From Deltaproteobacteria bacterium (GTDB taxonomy: Bacteria; Myxococcota_A; Polyangia; Polyangiales; Houyiibacteriaceae): a stretch of DNA of 64,000 nt. Position 1 is the stretch's first letter. Every line of letters begins with the position of its first letter. The stretch covers positions 1 to 64,000 of the forward strand of contig JAXMNT010000037.1 of NCBI GenBank assembly GCA_034670305.1. Reading direction: 5' to 3'. The notes beneath the pieces are model-generated. The model had not been told where the DNA came from. It did no database searches and worked only from the letters and a program-made list of their open reading frames with translations. The translations under genes and the position numbers were made by a program. Shown piece by piece: positions 28,650 to 38,093 of this stretch.

Positions 28650-29702
28650 ATGACTCCGTTCCCCCGACCTCAACCCCTCCCCGCATGGCCTCGCCTCCTC
28701 GCCTGCGTGCTCGGCTCGGGTTTGCTCCTGCACTGCGACTACTTTCCCGAGTCTCTCTTGGACGGTTCGGTCGAGAACGACGCGCCGGATGGTTCGGTCG
28801 CGGCGTTCGCCCTCGCCGAGACGTGTGTGGGCGATGTGCCCATGGTCACCGACGACCTCGACAACGTGCCGATCGATCTGACCACCTTGAGCGACGACAT
28901 CAGCGACATCGGCTTCTGCACCGGCGCAGACGCTCCAGGCAACGACGGCTTCTTCGGCGTTCAGATGGAGGCCGGCGAGAAGTGGCACTTCCACCTGCGC
29001 ACCGTCAGCGAAGACATGCGCAACCCGGCCATCTATGTGCTCGACTCGTCCTGCGACTCGCGCCGCTGCATGGCCGGCGACGCGATCGATGTGTGTGGTG
29101 AAGGAAGGGACGAGCACCTCTCCTTCGTCGCACCGCGCGCCGGGCTGTATTACGTGGGCATCGACAGTCGCGTGGTCGGCGGGGCGATGTACCAACTGGT
29201 CGCGCTGCGGCCGGTGTGCGGCAACGACGACGTCGAGCACAGCGAGACCTGCGACGACGGCAACACCGAGTCGGGCGACGGGTGCGACGCCACGTGCCGT
29301 CACGAACTACCGCACCCCATGACCGGCATGGCCGAAGCGGAGCCGAACGACGATCCCACCGGCGCGAACCGAATCGTCGCTGGGACCGGCAACGTCACGG
29401 GCCGACTCGGCGGCCGATGCGACACCGATCTGTTCTCGTTCGACGTGGAGGAGGGCACCAACGTGAACGTCGCGCTCCGCGGAGCCGGCGGCGTGGCCTG
29501 TCCCGTCGGCACGCCCACGTTCTCGCTGCAGCTTCTGGCCGCCAACGCGACCAGTTTGGTGGCCGCGGGAAACGTTCCGGACGGCGAGAACTGTCCGGTG
29601 CTGACCGCGACTGGGCTGACCGCCGGCACGTACTACGTCTCGGTGACGACCGACGAGAACGAGCGCCCGTTCGACTACACGCTCGCGGTCACCCAGCCGT
29701 AG
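28650..29702 (+). CDS. Lipoprotein with Myxococcus cysteine-rich repeat (DUF4215-like) and PPC-like domains
   Basis: CGND.VE..ETCDDGN..SGDGCDATC; EAEPND; GTYYVSV; LLLHC lipobox-like signal. Confidence 0.75.
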   Translation: MTPFPRPQPLPAWPRLLACVLGSGLLLHCDYFPESLLDGSVENDAPDGSVAAFALAETCVGDVPMVTDDLDNVPIDLTTLSDDISDIGFCTGADAPGNDGFFGVQMEAGEKWHFHLRTVSEDMRNPAIYVLDSSCDSRRCMAGDAIDVCGEGRDEHLSFVAPRAGLYYVGIDSRVVGGAMYQLVALRPVCGNDDVEHSETCDDGNTESGDGCDATCRHELPHPMTGMAEAEPNDDPTGANRIVAGTGNVTGRLGGRCDTDLFSFDVEEGTNVNVALRGAGGVACPVGTPTFSLQLLAANATSLVAAGNVPDGENCPVLTATGLTAGTYYVSVTTDENERPFDYTLAVTQP

Positions 29703-30530
29703 GGAACCCAGCCGTAGGGAACACCGACCACGACCCGTCCTGAAGCACGCACAGACCTTCGGACGTGTGCGTGACCACGGTGTGGGCGTTGGCAGCGACG
29801 CGTCGCAGTCGAACTTGGCGCAGGTGCGCTCGGTCGTGACTTCGTTGCCGCGGACCCGGAGCAGTGCGCGGCCGGAGGTCACGAACAGTTCGTCGTTCGG
29901 ACCGGCGGCGATGCGCTGGAGATCTTCGTCTTCGTCGCCAACGTCGATGCACTCCAGGCCACTGCGATCGCCGACCAGCAGCAGCGCGCCGTCCGCGGAG
30001 ACGCCACACATCGCAACGCGTCCATCCGACAGCGTGGTGGCGCCGTTGACGCAGCTGCCAGCGGGGGTCGAGAGGGTGCGCCACTGGTTGCCGTCGAAGT
30101 GGGCGACGCCGTTCTCTCCGCCGACGTACACGTTGTCCGGCCCACCGGCGATTCCAGCGAGGTAGCTCATGTCGTCGTTGGGCAGACCCGTGTCGAGGAT
30201 CCGCCAGAGGCCATCCTTGCAGTGCGCGACCTGCGGTCCATACCCACCCACCCAGACGTCGTCGTCGCTGGTTCCCCACACGGTGATGAGGTCGTCGACC
30301 AGGTCGAGCTTCTGGGTTTTCCATGGGCGCTTGGCGTCCGACCGAGCAGGACGCGAACCGTGCTTCTTGCCGACGATGTGAATGGTGCCCTGCGGCGACA
30401 CCCAGAGGTCCTGTGCTCGGTCCCCACGTTCACGGAGCAGCGACCAATCCGAGCCCGTCCAGCGTCCGACCCGGCCGCGCGAGAACGCGCCGACGATGTG
30501 TCCATCCGGATCCAAGGCAAGGGCGTGCAT
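29689..30530 (-). pseudogene. Beta-propeller-like repeat protein, frameshifted near 29800 (pseudogene or sequence error)
   Basis: VWGTSDDDVWVGG and HFDGNQW repeats; after CAKFDCD the plausible C-terminus VAANAHTVVTHTSEGLCVLQDGSW lies in another frame. Confidence 0.6.
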
Positions 30531-30550
30531 CGAGCAGCACTACCACGGCA

Positions 30551-30985
30551 CTACAGAGAGAACCTCAACCGGACCCCTGCGCCGTGCCGGTCCGCCCACG
30601 CTTCGGGATGCGTTCCCCAGTCGGTTCCGAGCACCGCGAGCAGCACGGTTCCGATGCCCGCGAGCGCAGTCCCGATCCCTGTGCCCCACGTTTGGCGTCG
30701 GCTCTCCTCCAGCGCGGACTGGTGCTCCGCCGAGAGGTTGACGTCTTCACGGGCTTCGAAGGTGTTCACCAGAGACCAAACCGTGACCGTGCCGAGCGCG
30801 GCGGTCGCGAGCAGACCCACCCAGGTCACCCACTGCGGCAGCTGCACCCGTCCCTCGTGTTCGAGGTGGATGGGCGTGCGGCGGAACTCGCCGCGCGTGG
30901 CGGGTGAAGCGGGCTGGGCCGTGGCCGTGCCGATCGAACCGAGCAAGAGTGCCGTCACCAACCAAGCGCAGAACTTCGAGTGCAT
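30551..30985 (-). CDS. Small secreted/membrane protein resembling the C-terminal module of the TPR/PEGA protein
   Basis: Signal peptide; VTWVG..ATA..G.V.VWSLV and LGT.W shared with 25918-26940. Confidence 0.65.
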   Translation of the reverse strand: MHSKFCAWLVTALLLGSIGTATAQPASPATRGEFRRTPIHLEHEGRVQLPQWVTWVGLLATAALGTVTVWSLVNTFEAREDVNLSAEHQSALEESRRQTWGTGIGTALAGIGTVLLAVLGTDWGTHPEAWADRHGAGVRLRFSL

Positions 30986-31088
30986 GGGTCCCCCTAGAAC
31001 ACGTTCTAGCACTCGGCGCCAACCGATGCACGCACGCCGACTCTCCGTTTCCTCCTTCTTGGCACCGCGGTTTCGGTTTGCCTGCCTT

Positions 31089-31107
31089 GTTGAAAGTCAC
31101 TATCAAC
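31089..31107. promoter_or_regulatory. Putative Fur-type box upstream of feoAB
   Basis: AT-rich imperfect palindrome GTTGAAAGTCACTATCAAC ending 5 bp before the feoA start. Confidence 0.65.
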
Positions 31108-31112
31108 TTCTC

Positions 31113-31373
31113 GTGACCGAGCCCTTGACCCTCGATCGTTTGCCGGTGGGCGAGTCGCGCGTGGTTGCGGCCGTCGGCATTCCGAGCGGTGACCGGCTCG
31201 TTCGATGCCGCCTGCTGGAGATGGGGTTGCTGCCCGGAACCGAAGTCCGCGTGGTGCGGCGCGCTCCGCTCGGGGATCCGATCGAGCTGCGGTTGCGTGG
31301 TTACGCGCTCTCGCTTCGGCGGGAAGAAGCCGCCGCCGTCTCGCTTCGACCGACGGACCGGGCCGAACCGTGA
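31113..31373 (+). CDS. feoA: Ferrous iron transport protein A
   Basis: RLLEMGLLPGTEV.VVR.APLGDPIEL.LRGY.LSLR.EEA. Confidence 0.93.
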   Translation: MTEPLTLDRLPVGESRVVAAVGIPSGDRLVRCRLLEMGLLPGTEVRVVRRAPLGDPIELRLRGYALSLRREEAAAVSLRPTDRAEP

Positions 31374-33520
31374 GCGCGGCGGCGGGCAAACCGCGCACGG
31401 TGCTGCTCGCGGGCAACCCCAACACTGGCAAGACCACCGTCTTCAACCAGCTCGCCGGGACACGCGCGCGCACGGGCAACTACCCCGGTGTCACGGTGGA
31501 TCGGCGCACCGCGAAACTCGACTTCGCGGGACACGAAATCGAGCTGGTCGATCTTCCCGGGACCTACAGCCTGACGGCGCGCTCCCCCGAAGAGCGGATC
31601 GCGGTGGACGCGATTCAGACGCACGCGCCGCACGCGTGTGTGGTGGTCGTCGATGCGGCCGCCCCAGCCCGTGGTTTGTACCTGGCGCATCAGATCGCCG
31701 AGACCGGCACGCCGATCGTGCTCGCCCTCAACATGATGGACGAGGCCCGCAGCGCGGGGACGGAGATCGACGAAGCGGTCCTGGCGAAGCGATTGAATGC
31801 CGAGGTGGTCGCGATCGTGGCCTCTCGAGGCGAAGGGCTCGTTGCGCTTCAGCAGGCGGTGGTCCGGGCGATGGAGCGACCGCGCGAGCCGCTCGCGTTG
31901 GCGTTCGATGAAGCGACCACCCGAGACGTCGCGGAGGTCGCAGCGTCCGTCCCGTTCCAAGGCGACCCGCACGCGTGGGCGGTGTGGGCGCTCCTGAGTT
32001 TCGGGGCCGACGAACTGGAGCTGACGCCGGAGCTCGATGGGGCGGTGGCCGAAGTCCGGGCGCGGGCGGAGAAAGAGGGACGCGACCTCGACGCCTTGCT
32101 CGTCGAAGCGCGCTACGCGGTGGTGGACGAAGTCGTCGCTCAGAGCGTGCGCAGCGGCGCACGGCACCGCGCGCTCACCGATCGGCTGGACGCGGTGCTG
32201 GTTCATCCGGTGCTCGGTCTCTTGGTCTTCGCGCTGGTCATGTTCGTGATCTTCGAAGCCCTCTTCACCGGGGCCGACCCAGCCATCGGTTGGATCGAAT
32301 CGAGCGTCGGGTGGGCGCAGGAGTTCGTGCAGGGCGCGATGGCCGAGGGACCGCTCCGCGACCTGCTCTCTCAAGGCGTCATCGCCGGCGTCGGCAACGT
32401 CGTCGTGTTCGTTCCCCAGATCGCGCTGCTGTTCTTGCTGATCGCGTTCCTGGAAGACTCGGGCTACTTGGCGCGCGTCGCGTTCGTGATCGATCGCGTG
32501 ATGAAGGGTGTGGGTCTGCACGGCAAAGCGTTCGTGCCGCTGCTCAGCGGGTTCGCCTGCGCGATCCCGGCCGTCATGGCGACCCGGACGATCGAGAGCC
32601 GCAAGGATCGACTCGTGACGATGATGGCGCTGCCGCTGATGAGTTGCAGCGCACGCCTGCCGGTCTACGTGCTCATCACGGCGACGGTGTTCGCGCACGA
32701 AGCCCGCGTGCTCGGTCTCTTCAGCGTCGGCGCCATCGTGCTGTTCGCGATGTACGCGCTTTCGGTGGTCGCGACGCTCGGTGCCGCCGCGGTGCTCCGT
32801 CGCACCGTGCTCCGTGGGCCGCGTCCGACGCTGGTGCTCGAGCTGCCGCCCTACCGGATGCCGCTGCTCGGCAACCTCGTGCGCCAGACCTGGACGCGGG
32901 TGCGAAGTTTTCTCGTCGACGCGGGCACGATCATTCTGGCCCTCACGATCGTGCTCTGGGCGCTCTTGACCTACCCCCACGATCAGCCAGCCGAAGCTGC
33001 GTTCGAGGAGCGCCGGGTCGAAGCGCAGGCGACGCTCGAGGGAGAGGCGCTCGAGGAGGAACTCGGCGCCATCCAGGCGGAGGCACAGGCGGCGGCGCTC
33101 GAGTACAGCGCCGCGGGCCGGGTCGGCAAAGGCATCGAGCCGGCGCTCGAACCGCTTGGCATGGACTGGCGGATCGGCGTGGGCGTGATCGGCGCGTTCG
33201 CGGCCCGTGAGGTATTTGTCTCGACCCTGGGCATGGTCTTCGGCGTCGGCGAAGTGGACGAGGAGAGCGTGCCGCTCCGGGAACGACTTCGGTCCGCCGT
33301 GAAACCGGATGGCACCCCGTTGATGACGCCGCTGAGCGGTGTCGCGCTGATGGTGTTCTTCGTGCTGGCCGCCCAGTGCATGAGCACCTTGGCGGTGGTC
33401 AAACGCGAGAGCGGCAGCTGGAAGTGGCCGCTCTTGATGCTCGGCTACATGACGGTTCTGGCCTACCTCGCGAGCTTGCTGACGTTTCAGGTAGGCTCCC
33501 TGCTGGGGTGGGGCACATGA
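31370..33520 (+). CDS. feoB: Ferrous iron transport protein B
   Basis: GNPNTGKTT.FN, GNYPGVTV, DLPGTYSL, NMMD, LEDSGYLAR, SCSARLPVY and ELPPYR. Confidence 0.97.
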   Translation: MSAAAGKPRTVLLAGNPNTGKTTVFNQLAGTRARTGNYPGVTVDRRTAKLDFAGHEIELVDLPGTYSLTARSPEERIAVDAIQTHAPHACVVVVDAAAPARGLYLAHQIAETGTPIVLALNMMDEARSAGTEIDEAVLAKRLNAEVVAIVASRGEGLVALQQAVVRAMERPREPLALAFDEATTRDVAEVAASVPFQGDPHAWAVWALLSFGADELELTPELDGAVAEVRARAEKEGRDLDALLVEARYAVVDEVVAQSVRSGARHRALTDRLDAVLVHPVLGLLVFALVMFVIFEALFTGADPAIGWIESSVGWAQEFVQGAMAEGPLRDLLSQGVIAGVGNVVVFVPQIALLFLLIAFLEDSGYLARVAFVIDRVMKGVGLHGKAFVPLLSGFACAIPAVMATRTIESRKDRLVTMMALPLMSCSARLPVYVLITATVFAHEARVLGLFSVGAIVLFAMYALSVVATLGAAAVLRRTVLRGPRPTLVLELPPYRMPLLGNLVRQTWTRVRSFLVDAGTIILALTIVLWALLTYPHDQPAEAAFEERRVEAQATLEGEALEEELGAIQAEAQAAALEYSAAGRVGKGIEPALEPLGMDWRIGVGVIGAFAAREVFVSTLGMVFGVGEVDEESVPLRERLRSAVKPDGTPLMTPLSGVALMVFFVLAAQCMSTLAVVKRESGSWKWPLLMLGYMTVLAYLASLLTFQVGSLLGWGT

Positions 33521-33672
33521 CGATGCAGGAGATCGGTGTCGTCGTGCTCGTCTCCGCGGCCGTCTTCTACCTGGTGTGGAAGTTCGGCTTTCAGGGCCGC
33601 CAGAAGCCGAAGCCGCCGCGCGGCCCGGACGTCCCGCTCAGCCGTCTGCGCAAGAGCGCACGCGAGAAGTAG
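33517..33672 (+). CDS. Small single-TM protein downstream of feoB (FeoB-associated)
   Basis: ATGA overlap with the feoB stop; one hydrophobic helix then a basic tail. Confidence 0.65.
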   Translation: MTMQEIGVVVLVSAAVFYLVWKFGFQGRQKPKPPRGPDVPLSRLRKSAREK

Positions 33673-33682
33673 AACCAGACCA

Positions 33683-33744
33683 GGAAGTGGAAGCGGAAGC
33701 GGAAGCGGAAGCGGAAGCGGAAGCGGAAGCGGAAGCGGAAGCGG
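33683..33744. repeat. (GGAAGC)n hexamer tract
   Basis: GGAAGT plus 9 perfect GGAAGC units. Confidence 0.95.
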
Positions 33745-33785
33745 TCGATCTTGCGCAACGGTTTCGGGTGGTTACCCTGTGGCCC

Positions 33786-34763
33786 GTGGCGGCCGCTTCG
33801 TCTTTGGGACCCATCTCCAACTCTTCCCGGGACGCCAGACGTGAAGCCCGTGCGCGCGCGCATTTCCGGGTCCGCCGTTTTGCTGGGCCGGCGCTCCACG
33901 CCCACCAGGTCGACCACCTGCGGGTGGCCCACGTCACCGACCTGCACGTGGGCCGCATCACGTCGATGTTCACGCAGATGGAAGCGGTGCGGCTGGCGCG
34001 CGCGGCGAAACCGGACCTCGTGGTGATCACCGGCGACTTCGTTTGTCACAGCCAGCTTCATCTGCAGGATCTCACCGAGGTCATTCGCGCGTTCGACCTT
34101 CCGGTGTTCTGCGTGCTCGGCAATCACGATCACTGGAGCGGTGCGGACGCGGTTCGGCGTGCGTTGCGCAAAGGCGGCGCCGAGCTCTTGGACAACGCGT
34201 GGACGAGGTTTCAGATCCGAGGTCAGGAGCTCCAGCTCGTCGGTCTGGACGACGCCTACACCGGACACGCGCACCGGGCCCGCGCGCTCGCCGGCCTCAA
34301 GCCCGGCCGCGCCACCCTCGGCCTCTCCCACATCGCGGAAGAGGCGGACGGGCTCTGGGCGGGTGGGGTGCCGCTGGTGTTGAGCGGACACACCCACGCC
34401 GGACAGATCACGGTCGCTCGGTTGCACGAGATCGCCGTCGGCAAACTGGCCGGGCATCGGTACGTGCACGGACTCTACGGCCGCCGCGCGGTGCGACCCG
34501 AGGTGCACGAACCGAAGGGCGCCGTGTACGTCGGTGCAGGCGTCGGCGCCGCCGTCATGCCGCTGCGGGTTGGAGAGCGCGCCCGGCGCGAGGTCACGAT
34601 CTTCGAACTCGGAACCCCGCCCGGCACCTTCGACGAGCCGCTGCCCGAGCAGGCGCCACTCGCGGGGCGCAAGCCCTCGATGAAGAAGATGCTCGTGCGG
34701 GCGCAGGCGGTAGAGAAGAAGCGGCTCAAGCGGGAGCGCCGCGAAGCCCGCCGCAAACGCTGA
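33786..34763 (+). CDS. Metallophosphoesterase (YkuE/YaeI-like)
   Basis: TDLHVG, TGDFV, LGNHD, LSH and SGHTHAGQ; start uncertain. Confidence 0.85.
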   Translation: MAAASSLGPISNSSRDARREARARAHFRVRRFAGPALHAHQVDHLRVAHVTDLHVGRITSMFTQMEAVRLARAAKPDLVVITGDFVCHSQLHLQDLTEVIRAFDLPVFCVLGNHDHWSGADAVRRALRKGGAELLDNAWTRFQIRGQELQLVGLDDAYTGHAHRARALAGLKPGRATLGLSHIAEEADGLWAGGVPLVLSGHTHAGQITVARLHEIAVGKLAGHRYVHGLYGRRAVRPEVHEPKGAVYVGAGVGAAVMPLRVGERARREVTIFELGTPPGTFDEPLPEQAPLAGRKPSMKKMLVRAQAVEKKRLKRERREARRKR

Positions 34764-34850
34764 GCAGGGCGCGGGCCCACAGCCGATCCGTTCGCTGCGC
34801 CGATGCGTTCGCTGGGCGGCGGGCGACGCAGGGTCAGGAGCCGCGCAGGG

Positions 34851-35045
34851 TCAGGAGCCGCGCAGGCCGTTGATGTCCGTCGTCGAGTCGCGGACTTGGT
34901 ACTCCACCGCTTCTCCGAACGAACGCCACACGACGATCGCCAGGACCGCGATGAGTACCAGGATGATGATGTACTCGACCGTGCTCAGACCGGCCTGGTC
35001 GTGCTGGAGGTCCGCTGTCCGAGACGCCGTCCGTTGGATTCGCAT
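34851..35045 (-). CDS. Flp family type IVb pilin
   Basis: DQAG/LSTVEYIIILVLIAVLAIVVW..FG: prepilin G-x4-EY motif in a 64-aa ORF. Confidence 0.8.
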   Translation of the reverse strand: MRIQRTASRTADLQHDQAGLSTVEYIIILVLIAVLAIVVWRSFGEAVEYQVRDSTTDINGLRGS

Positions 35046-35101
35046 GCATCCCGAAGATAGCGAAAGCTGGCGCCCGGCGCATCCTCGAAGAAGTGCCTCG
35101 C

Positions 35102-35899
35102 TCAGCCCCCGAAGAACGTGACCTCGGCGCCTGCGAGCCACGCGCCCCCATCGGCCACGATCGTCGCGCCATGGACCAAGGACGAAGCGTCCGTACTCAG
35201 GAACAGGGCCACGTCGGCGATCTCCGAGATCTCGCCCCATCGGCGCATGGGAATCGCGGCGATCATCTTCTCTTTGATGCCGGGCGGTGCGAGCCGCGAC
35301 ATGCCTTCGGTGCCCGCGATCGGTCCAGGCGCGATGCCGTTGACCCGGATGCCCTGCGATCCCCACTCGAGCGCGAGCGACCGAGTGATGGAGTCGATCG
35401 CGGCCTTGGCGGCCGACGCGTGGACCTGCAGCAGGGAGGCGCCGTAGTGCAAGGTCGCGGAGATGTTGATGATGCACCCGCCGTTCTCTTTCAGCGTCTT
35501 GTCGTAGGCGATCTTGCAGACGTTGAAGGTGCCCTGGGTGTCGATCTCCATGACGGTCTTGAACCCGTTGGGGGAGAGTTGTCCCGCTGGACAGAGGAAG
35601 TTGCCCGCGGCGCCGTTGATCACGATGTCGACGCGGCCGAACGCCTCGAGCGCGCGGTCGAACGCGGCTTCGATGGTCTCTGGCTGCCGCACGTCGCAGG
35701 CGACGCCCAGGCACTCCTGGCCTGTGGCCTCCGTGAGTTCTTTGCTCGCGCCATCGAGTCGCTCTTGCGAGCGGCTCGTGATGACCGCGCGCGCGCCATG
35801 TGCCATCAACGTTTGCGTGATGCCTTTGCAGATGCCGCTGCCACCTCCGGTGACGAATGCGACTTGGCCTGCGAGCACGTCTTCTTTGAATACCGACAT
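35102..35899 (-). CDS. SDR, peroxisomal-type 2,4-dienoyl-CoA reductase-like
   Basis: TGGGSGI, NGAAGNFLCPA..LSPNGFKTV..IDT.GTFN, SATL, Q.HA.AAKAA.D and IAPGPI..TEG. Confidence 0.85.
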   Translation of the reverse strand: MSVFKEDVLAGQVAFVTGGGSGICKGITQTLMAHGARAVITSRSQERLDGASKELTEATGQECLGVACDVRQPETIEAAFDRALEAFGRVDIVINGAAGNFLCPAGQLSPNGFKTVMEIDTQGTFNVCKIAYDKTLKENGGCIINISATLHYGASLLQVHASAAKAAIDSITRSLALEWGSQGIRVNGIAPGPIAGTEGMSRLAPPGIKEKMIAAIPMRRWGEISEIADVALFLSTDASSLVHGATIVADGGAWLAGAEVTFFGG

Positions 35900-35927
35900 G
35901 GCGCGGGTGTAGCACGGTGGACGAATC

Positions 35928-37046
35928 GTGAGCAGCACGGCAACGGTCGACCACGTGGTGGTCGGGGGCGGTGCGGTTGGCCTCGCGGTGGCTGCGCAGT
36001 TGAGCTCGGGCGGTGGTTCGGTCGTGCTGCTCGAGCGGCATGCTCGGGTGGGCGAGGAGACCTCCAGCCGCAACAGCGGGGTGGTCCATGCGGGGCTCCA
36101 TGGCCCGGTGGACTCCCTGAAGCGTCAGCTGTGTGTGGCGGGTCGACCGTTGCTCTACGAGTTCTGTGCGAAGCACGGCGTACCAGTCGCAAAGACCGGC
36201 AAGTGGGTGCTGGCCCAGACCGCCCACGAAGAGGCCGCGCTGGAGTCGCTGTTGCGTTGCGGACAAGACAGTGGGGTCGAAGGACTGCGGATCGTCAGCG
36301 GCGCCGACGTTCGTCGGGAGGAACCCGCACTCTCGGCCAGGTGTGCGCTTCGTTCCGAAGAGAGTGGGGTCGTGGACGCAGCGGCGTTCGTCGATGCCCT
36401 CCGGCGGATCTCGGTCGATGCTGGCGCGATCGTTCGGGTTGGCTGCGCGCTGGTCGCGGCCGAGGAGCGTGGGTCGGGATGGCGGCTGCGCGTGCAAGGG
36501 CGCGGGCTCATGGAACACATCGACACGCCTTGCGTGATCAACTGCGCGGGGCTGAACGCCGACCGGGTGGCCGAGATGTTCGGGCTGCCGGTCGATGCGC
36601 TCGGGTGGAGGGTGCACCCTTGGAAGGGCAGGTACTTTCTGATCTCGCCCGGCGCGGCCTCCGCGGTGCGTTGTCCGCTCGTCTATCCGATGCCGGTTCA
36701 CGGCGGCCTGGGCGTGCACCTGACCCGCGGGCTGGGTGGTGAGACCTTGCTGGGTCCCGACGCCGCTGTGGCTGCAGGGCTCGATGATCTCGATGTCGAC
36801 GAAGCCGCCGCGGCTGCCTTCGCCGAGGATGCCCAGCGCTACTTTCCCGCACTGCGCCCATCCCACCTCCAGCCCGCGTACGCGGGTCTCCGGCCGAAAC
36901 TTCGAGCCGACGGATCGTTCGCCGATTTCGTACTGCACGAACAACCCGCGGGGGTGGTGCACCTCCTCGGCATCGAATCTCCCGGGCTCACCGCGGCGCT
37001 CGCCTTGGCCCGACGGGTCGGCGCTCTTGCGCGAGGTCACGTTTGA
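35928..37046 (+). CDS. FAD-dependent oxidoreductase, L-2-hydroxyglutarate oxidase (LhgO)-like
   Basis: [39 protein letters not shown] and IESPGLTA. Confidence 0.85.
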   Translation: MSSTATVDHVVVGGGAVGLAVAAQLSSGGGSVVLLERHARVGEETSSRNSGVVHAGLHGPVDSLKRQLCVAGRPLLYEFCAKHGVPVAKTGKWVLAQTAHEEAALESLLRCGQDSGVEGLRIVSGADVRREEPALSARCALRSEESGVVDAAAFVDALRRISVDAGAIVRVGCALVAAEERGSGWRLRVQGRGLMEHIDTPCVINCAGLNADRVAEMFGLPVDALGWRVHPWKGRYFLISPGAASAVRCPLVYPMPVHGGLGVHLTRGLGGETLLGPDAAVAAGLDDLDVDEAAAAAFAEDAQRYFPALRPSHLQPAYAGLRPKLRADGSFADFVLHEQPAGVVHLLGIESPGLTAALALARRVGALARGHV

Positions 37047-37140
37047 CGCGATAAGCCGACTTCATGGAGCGGCGACCGAGCCGCCCACCGGCGCTTTCCA
37101 GAGCGCCCACCCGAATCGAAGCAGAGAGCCCACGAGAATC

Positions 37141-38088
37141 ATGACCCACGACGTCGTCATCATCGGATCCGGACCCGCCGCCCACACCGCCGCGATCTAC
37201 GCCGCACGCGCCGAACTCAAACCCGTGCTCTACGAGGGCTTCATGGCGGCCGGTGTCGCCGCGGGTGGCCAGCTGACGACCACCACCGACGTCGAGAACT
37301 TCCCCGGCTTCCCGGAGGGCGTCATGGGCCCGGACCTGATGGACCGCATGCGGGCCCAGTCCGAACGGTTCGGCACCACGATCATCACCGAGACGGTCAA
37401 CGAGATCGATCTCAGCAAGGCGCCTTTCACCTTCAAGGCCGACGCTTCCGAGGGCAGCGCCAAGACGATCATCTTGGCGACCGGCGCCACCGCGAAGCGT
37501 CTGTACGTTCCGGGGACCGGCGACGACGAACTCTGGATGCGCGGCATCAGCGCGTGCGCGGTCTGCGACGGTGCACTGCCGCTCTTCCGCAACAAGCCGC
37601 TCGTCGTGATCGGCGGCGGCGACAGCGCGATGGAGGAAGCCACCTTCCTCACGAAGTACGCCTCGAAGGTGTACATCGTGCACCGCCGCGACGAACTGCG
37701 TGCCTCGAAGATCATGCAGCAGCGCGCGCTCGACAACCCGAAGATCGAGTTCGTCTGGTCGCATGGCCTCGCCGAAGCGAAGGGCGACGACCTGCTCTCG
37801 CACGTGGTGGTCGAGAGCACCAAGACCGGAGAGAAGAAGGAGCTCGAAGCGAGCGGCCTCTTCTTTGCGATCGGCCACGTGCCGAACACCGCGTTCCTCA
37901 ACGGTCAGTTGGAGTTGGACGAAGACGACTACATCGCGACCAAGCCGGGCACGACCGAGACCAGCGTCGAAGGTGTGTTCGCGTGCGGCGACGTGCAGGA
38001 CAAGCGCTGGCGCCAGGCGATCACCGCGGCGGGCACCGGCTGCATGGCGGCGCTTCAGGCGGAACACTTTCTGGCCGGGCACGGGTGA
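37141..38088 (+). CDS. trxB: Thioredoxin-disulfide reductase
   Basis: [41 protein letters not shown] and GDVQD. Confidence 0.97.
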   Translation: MTHDVVIIGSGPAAHTAAIYAARAELKPVLYEGFMAAGVAAGGQLTTTTDVENFPGFPEGVMGPDLMDRMRAQSERFGTTIITETVNEIDLSKAPFTFKADASEGSAKTIILATGATAKRLYVPGTGDDELWMRGISACAVCDGALPLFRNKPLVVIGGGDSAMEEATFLTKYASKVYIVHRRDELRASKIMQQRALDNPKIEFVWSHGLAEAKGDDLLSHVVVESTKTGEKKELEASGLFFAIGHVPNTAFLNGQLELDEDDYIATKPGTTETSVEGVFACGDVQDKRWRQAITAAGTGCMAALQAEHFLAGHG

Positions 38089-38093
38089 TCGCA

